Below, in pieces: positions 59,575-64,000 of a stretch of 64,000 nucleotides of DNA (positions within the stretch are counted from its first letter, which is position 1; the number at the start of each line of letters is the position of its first letter). A model generated the notes under the pieces. That model had not been told where the DNA came from. It did no database searches and saw nothing but the letters and a program-made list of their open reading frames with translations. Source of the DNA: an uncultured Ruminococcus sp. Lineage in GTDB: Bacteria; Bacillota; Clostridia; Oscillospirales; CAG-272. The stretch is taken from positions 18,940 to 82,939 of the forward strand of contig CAJKRH010000001.1 of assembly GCA_905202255.1 (NCBI GenBank), read 5' to 3'. A program made the translations under genes and the position numbers.

Positions 59575-61776
59575 ATGGTTGAAAGGTTCCGCATTGCCGC
59601 GTACACGCGAATCTCCGTAGACCTGGAGCTTGACCGCGATAACACGAGTATCGAAAACCAGAAGGCAATCATAGACGAATACTGCCGTCTGCACTTTCCG
59701 ACAAGCACGGTCGATTACTTTGAGGATCGCGACAAATCGGGCTACACCTTCGAGCAACGCCCCGATTACATGCGTATGCGCGAAAAGCTCATGCAGCGCG
59801 AATACGATATACTTATCATCAAGGACCTGAGCCGTTTCTCGCGAAGAACCGGCAAAGGTCTTGCCGAATTTGAGGATCTTGCCGAGCGCGATATCCGCAT
59901 CATTGCCATCGGCGACGGGGTGGATTATTATCAGGATCACATCGACGACTGGATGAAGATCAAGCTCTACTTCTTCGTCAACGAAATGCCCGTCACAGAC
60001 ACGAGCCGCAAGGTGTCCGACGTCATTGCCTCACGGCAGTCAAAGGGCGAGTGGATATGTTCGGTTCCCTTCGGCTATGTCATCACCAACTCCAAGAAAA
60101 TGACCTTTGAGGTCGACGAGCCGTCCGCCGAGGTAGTGCGGCGCATATTCAACTATTATATCGACGGCTGGGGCTATAAAAAGATTGCAAACCATCTGAC
60201 AGACGAGCATATCCCCACGCCGCGAATGCGGGAAAAAGCACGCAAGGAAGCGCAGGGCGACGAGTACAAAGGCAAGGTAAAGGAAACATGGAGCATCGTG
60301 ACCGTCTCCGAAATTCTCTGCAACGACTTTTATATCGGCACACTGCGTCAGCACAAATTCAAGCGGAAAAAGATAAACGGAAACGATGTGCCGCTCGACG
60401 AAAGCCAGCATATCGTGTTTGAAAACCATCACGAGCCGATTGTTGACTACCGCACCTTTGCCGTCGCTCAGGAGCTGTTGAAGCAACGCACGACCACCCA
60501 CTACCGCGGTCAGAAGAAGTACGCCAACAACTACTCCGGCTACCTCTTCTGCGGTGACTGCGGCTCGCCGATGTTCTCGCGTAGCCGTCCCGACCTTGCC
60601 GACGCTTACATCTGCGGAACCTATCACACGCGCGGCAAAGCTGGATGCACGACGCATCACATCCGCGTGGATGTGCTTGACCGTGAGCTGAAACGGTACA
60701 TCACCAAGGTCTGCGAGAATTCCGAAAAAATGATAAAACAGCTGGAAACCGAAATCAGCTTTGAGCCGAATGCGGTGAAGGACAGCGCCAAAGCCGCGGA
60801 GGAGCTTTCAAAGCTCATCGAGCAGGAAAAGGATTCGCTCAAAATCCTGATGCGGCAAAAATCCCGCGACCTCTCCCGCGCAAAGGGAAACGAGGACGTC
60901 ATCATGGAAACCTACGACGCGCTGATTGAGGAAAGCGCCAACCGGATTCACGGGTTGGAAAATCAGATCGCCATGACGGCAGATACGAGAAATACCATCA
61001 TCAGAGCCAACCGCCATGCAAAAACGGTGCTGGAGATCTTCCACGATATTCTGAGCAAAGAAAAGCTGGACAAGCGCGACATCGGGCTGATTGTTGACCG
61101 CATCATCGTATATGAAAACCGCATCGAAATCAAGCTGCGTGGTGATGTGGACGCGCTCCTGCGCTGTGACGATGAGGTACAGGAGGAGGCAATCGCAAAT
61201 TTTAACGGGGACACGGAGAATATCGAAAGAACCACAGAAAAATACAACTCTGTGGTGGTTCAATCAGCAAAAAACCAAGCTGATAAGGTTTTTCGTGTCA
61301 ATGTTATCAGTGGCGGCGACCCTCTCGAAATATATACCGACCGCGAAGGCGAAGTTATCTTCAAAAAATATTCACCGATAGGCGAACTGATGGATTTTGC
61401 GGCAAGCTATGCGGAAACGCTTTATAAGACCTGCAATTTCCCCGTAGCCGTCTGCGATAAGGATTGCGTTATCGCCTGCGCGGGAATATCGAAAAAGGAA
61501 TTTCTCGACAAGAAAAATTCAGAAGAAGCAGAAAAAATTATCGAAAACAGAAGTCTTTATACGCATGCACCGACTAAGGAGAAAATTTATCTGACGGAAG
61601 AAAGCCGCGGCTGGTATATTTCATGTGCCATGCCTATCTTTGCCGAGGGTGATGTTATCGGCTGTGTTGCGGCGCTTGCAAATGCCGAATCCGGAAAAGA
61701 CAATGCCGCCACGGAAACCGAAACAAAGCTTATCCAGACGGCGGCAGGCTTTCTCGGCAGACAGCTCGAGGCTTGA
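59575..61776 (+). CDS. Large serine recombinase, open through attR into the spoVT 3' portion
   Basis: MVERFRIAAYTRISVD is the catalytic Ser context. A recombinase domain, a zinc ribbon (CGDCGSPM...CGTYHTRGKAGC) and a long coiled coil follow. There is no stop before 61774. The last 153 codons or so are SpoVT-like. Confidence 0.85.
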   Translation: MVERFRIAAYTRISVDLELDRDNTSIENQKAIIDEYCRLHFPTSTVDYFEDRDKSGYTFEQRPDYMRMREKLMQREYDILIIKDLSRFSRRTGKGLAEFEDLAERDIRIIAIGDGVDYYQDHIDDWMKIKLYFFVNEMPVTDTSRKVSDVIASRQSKGEWICSVPFGYVITNSKKMTFEVDEPSAEVVRRIFNYYIDGWGYKKIANHLTDEHIPTPRMREKARKEAQGDEYKGKVKETWSIVTVSEILCNDFYIGTLRQHKFKRKKINGNDVPLDESQHIVFENHHEPIVDYRTFAVAQELLKQRTTTHYRGQKKYANNYSGYLFCGDCGSPMFSRSRPDLADAYICGTYHTRGKAGCTTHHIRVDVLDRELKRYITKVCENSEKMIKQLETEISFEPNAVKDSAKAAEELSKLIEQEKDSLKILMRQKSRDLSRAKGNEDVIMETYDALIEESANRIHGLENQIAMTADTRNTIIRANRHAKTVLEIFHDILSKEKLDKRDIGLIVDRIIVYENRIEIKLRGDVDALLRCDDEVQEEAIANFNGDTENIERTTEKYNSVVVQSAKNQADKVFRVNVISGGDPLEIYTDREGEVIFKKYSPIGELMDFAASYAETLYKTCNFPVAVCDKDCVIACAGISKKEFLDKKNSEEAEKIIENRSLYTHAPTKEKIYLTEESRGWYISCAMPIFAEGDVIGCVAALANAESGKDNAATETETKLIQTAAGFLGRQLEA
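61315..61322 (+). repeat. attR core GGCGACCC
   Basis: Identical to 29678..29685, in the same codon phase (GAC CCn). Confidence 0.7.
61315..61776 (+). pseudogene. spoVT: spoVT 3' portion (GAF-like C-terminal domain)
   Basis: GDPLEIYTDREGEVIFKKYSPIGELMDFAASYAETLYK...IFAEGDVIGCVAAL...ETKLIQTAAGFLGRQLEA parallels Bacillus SpoVT from residue 31 or so to its end. Confidence 0.85.
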
Positions 61777-61975
61777 CATCGCCGGAAAAAGCAGTCTGTC
61801 CGCTCAATTTCCCATATGCCGTGAAGGCAAAATCTGCCCTTATTTCTGCCTTATGCCGCCTGCGCCGAAGAAAGCGATTTCGTATTTCCAAAAGCGAAGG
61901 CGGCTGTTTTTATATCATTATCAAGGCGCAAAAAAGGCGTTTTTTTAATATAATGTGAACTTATCGGCAGAATTA

Positions 61976-62004
61976 TTGACACAAGAGGCAAAATGGGATA
62001 TTAT
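61976..62004 (+). promoter_or_regulatory. Promoter TTGACA-17 nt-TATTAT
   Basis: TTGACA at 61976..61981 and TATTAT at 61999..62004, upstream of the LRR lipoprotein gene. Confidence 0.5.
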
Positions 62005-62046
62005 TTATATAAATAAATCCTGATGGGGGACTCATATGAAAAAAAT

Positions 62047-64000
62047 ATTGGCAGTGTTTCTTGCCACAGCGGCTTGTATCGCGCTCTGCGCCTGCGGAAC
62101 TGTAGTAAATCCGCCCGAGCAGACGACTACAGGCTCAAAAATAGAAAAAGTCTATGAGGTTGACGGTACCGTTCTCAAAAATTGTAAAGGACAATCGGAT
62201 AAAAACGGTGTTTTCGTCGTACCGGACGGTATAACCGAAATAGGTGAGGGTGCTTTTTCCGGCGACACGGAAATAAAAGAAGTCGTACTGCATGACGGCA
62301 TAGTCAAAATAAACGAGGGCGCCTTCTACTCTGCAATATCGCTCGAAAAGGTGACTTTCGGCAAAGGGCTGAAAACCATCGGCGGCGGTGCTTTTCAGTA
62401 TTGCGAATCGCTGAAAACACTCGAGCTTCCCGAGGGTCTGGAGGAAATCGGCGCGAAAGCTTTCTATCAGTGCACAGGGCTGAAAAGCGTTTCTCTGCCC
62501 TCCACACTGAAGCTTATAGACTCATATGCCTTTGCACTCTGCACAAGACTTCCCGAGCTTACTATACCGGATAATGTTTCCTTCATAGGCAACTGCGCCT
62601 TTCAGGCTTGCTGGCTGCTCACGGATGTGACGCTGCCGAAATCGCTTGCAAGACTCAATTATCAGACATTTGCGGGTTGCAAGCTTCTTGAAAATGTCAA
62701 TTTCGCAAAAGACGGCGCGCTTGCGGAAATCGGTCCGTATGCATTCTGGCAGTGCAATGAACTCCGCAAAATAACGCTTCCCGAGGGTCTTTCCAAGATA
62801 GAAAGATATGCATTCTATGACTGCGGAAAGCTTGACAATGTTTCCGTTCCCTCCACGCTCACCGATTCCGCCGAATATGCTTTCGACGGCACGCCGTGGT
62901 ACAGTGAGCTTTCCGACGATTATGTTGTCGTAGGCGACGGCGTTCTCATCAAATGCAATATCGCGGCATCCGCGCTCGACCTTTCGGGCAAGGGTATAAA
63001 GACAATCGGCGGTTGCGTTTTCCGCAACTCCACATATTACGGCGGCGTTGACAGCTACGGCGTGGCAACCTCCTACGGATATGCGCAGGCGGAAATGATT
63101 GAAAAGCTCGTCATTCCCGAGGGCGTGAAGAGAATCGGCAATTCGGCATTTGATGCCTGCTCGATAACGGAGATTACCCTGCCGAGCACGCTTGAATATA
63201 TCGGCGATTATGCCTTTTACAATGCGGTGCTCTGGAAATCGGACGAAATAAGCGGCGATGTCATCTTCACCGATGTGGATATGACAAAGTGCAAAAATCT
63301 CACCCGCATAGGAAGCTATGCTTTCATGGATTGCTACGGTCTTGCGGAAATCAAACTTCCCTCCGATGATGTCGAAATCGGCACATATGCTTTCTTTAAA
63401 ACAGAGGCAATGGTCAACTTCTTGAAGAACGCTTATCTCAACAACAAAGATGAAAATTCGTTCTTCACGGTAGGAAATACGCTGATATGCGCATATGTGG
63501 CAAAATCTTCGACAAGCGTTACCATTCCGGACGGAATAGTGCGCATCGCCGGAACAGCACTCGTCGGTTGGGATTCCGGTCTTGTTATCACGGAGGACCC
63601 TTATGAAGAGGTCTCCGACCCCGAGGAACTTTTCGACAGAAACAGATATTATCTCGGCTATAATGTGACATCGGTCATCGTACCCGACAGCGTAAAATAT
63701 ATTGATGACCAGGCATTTTACAGCATGCGCGCGCTCAAAGAGATAAAGCTTTCACCTAATACGCTTGTTATCGGCGAAGCCGCTTTCATGAACTGCTACG
63801 GGCTGACAACAATCGACACAGGCAAGAGCCTTGTCAAGGTTGCGGATAAAGTTTTCCAGTATTGCCATGAACTCACCTCCGTCACATTCCCCGATACGCT
63901 CAAGAGCATCGGAAGCGATGTTTTCGACGGTTGCACTTCGATTACAAAGGTTGTTCTGCCTGTCGGCACAACGGAAATCGGCTTTGACCTCTTCTCTGCC
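62047..64000 (+). CDS. BspA-like leucine-rich-repeat lipoprotein, 3' end outside window
   Basis: It is missing from the ORF track because no stop is reached. MKKILAVFLATAACIALCACGT carries the lipobox. Many repeats of the pattern ...IGxxAFxxCxxLxxVxLPxxL... follow. Confidence 0.8.

Larger units (their letters stand above)
29686..61322 (+). mobile_element. Integrated mobilizable element (about 31.6 kb) inserted in spoVT, with a large serine recombinase at the right end
   Basis: The element is bounded by the duplicated GGCGACCC core inside the two halves of spoVT. It carries a serine recombinase, MobC plus relaxase, a CI-like repressor and accessory cargo. It is visibly more AT-rich than the flanking aro/RiPP DNA. 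Confidence 0.8.

Noticed and set aside
61777-61950. A rho-independent terminator after spoVT.
   Set aside because: GCCGCCT...AGGCGGC arms with a 35-nt interior are followed by TGTTTTT, which is possible but irregular. The nearby GGCGCAAAAAAGGCGTTTTTTT is not self-complementary. I therefore left it unannotated.

Overview
This looks like a chromosomal window from a spore-forming Firmicute, probably a Clostridia-like organism. All calls rest on reading the ORF translations and the DNA by eye; no database search was run. From left to right the window contains:

1. The 3' part of a type I-C CRISPR-Cas locus. It holds cas5 (cut by the window edge), cas8c with a candidate internal cas11 start, cas7, cas4, cas1 and cas2. 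A 10-repeat, 9-spacer array follows.
2. A membrane-anchored MerR-like regulator and a lipoprotein.
3. A visibly GC-richer minus-strand aromatic amino acid operon: pheA, aroB, aroC, aroA, tyrA and a DAHP synthase gene.
4. TetR, SLOG/DUF1273 and XRE genes.
5. A roughly 12.5-kb RiPP-type locus.
   - STAS, PP2C and RsbW partner-switching genes run without a terminator into a short HlyD-like adaptor and two NHLP-type ABC exporters, one carrying a C39 peptidase domain.
   - Next come a small acidic ORF coupled to an ECF-like sigma factor and four Nif11-like double-glycine precursors. One has a 13-aa Cys-free core; three have 62-79-aa Cys-rich cores.
   - A radical SAM/SPASM enzyme and a fifth double-glycine peptide with a zinc-ribbon core complete the locus.
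6. The sporulation regulator gene spoVT, split by a 31.6-kb integrated mobilizable element (29686..61322).
   - Its large serine recombinase ORF reads through attR into the spoVT 3' half.
   - Cargo includes an AbiL-like ATPase/RloB pair, gene debris, a MITE-like inverted-repeat element and a nucleotidyltransferase/DUF4145 pair.
   - It also carries a 17-kb Wzx/Wzy polysaccharide cluster with a G9 tract between two glycosyltransferase ORFs.
   - The remaining cargo is a CI-like repressor, MobC plus a relaxase containing a nested out-of-frame ORF, and a DUF4143 ATPase.
7. The start of a BspA-like leucine-rich-repeat lipoprotein that runs off the window and is absent from the ORF track.

The two strongest leads are the split spoVT with its recombinase fusion and the partner-switch-linked Nif11/radical-SAM peptide locus.
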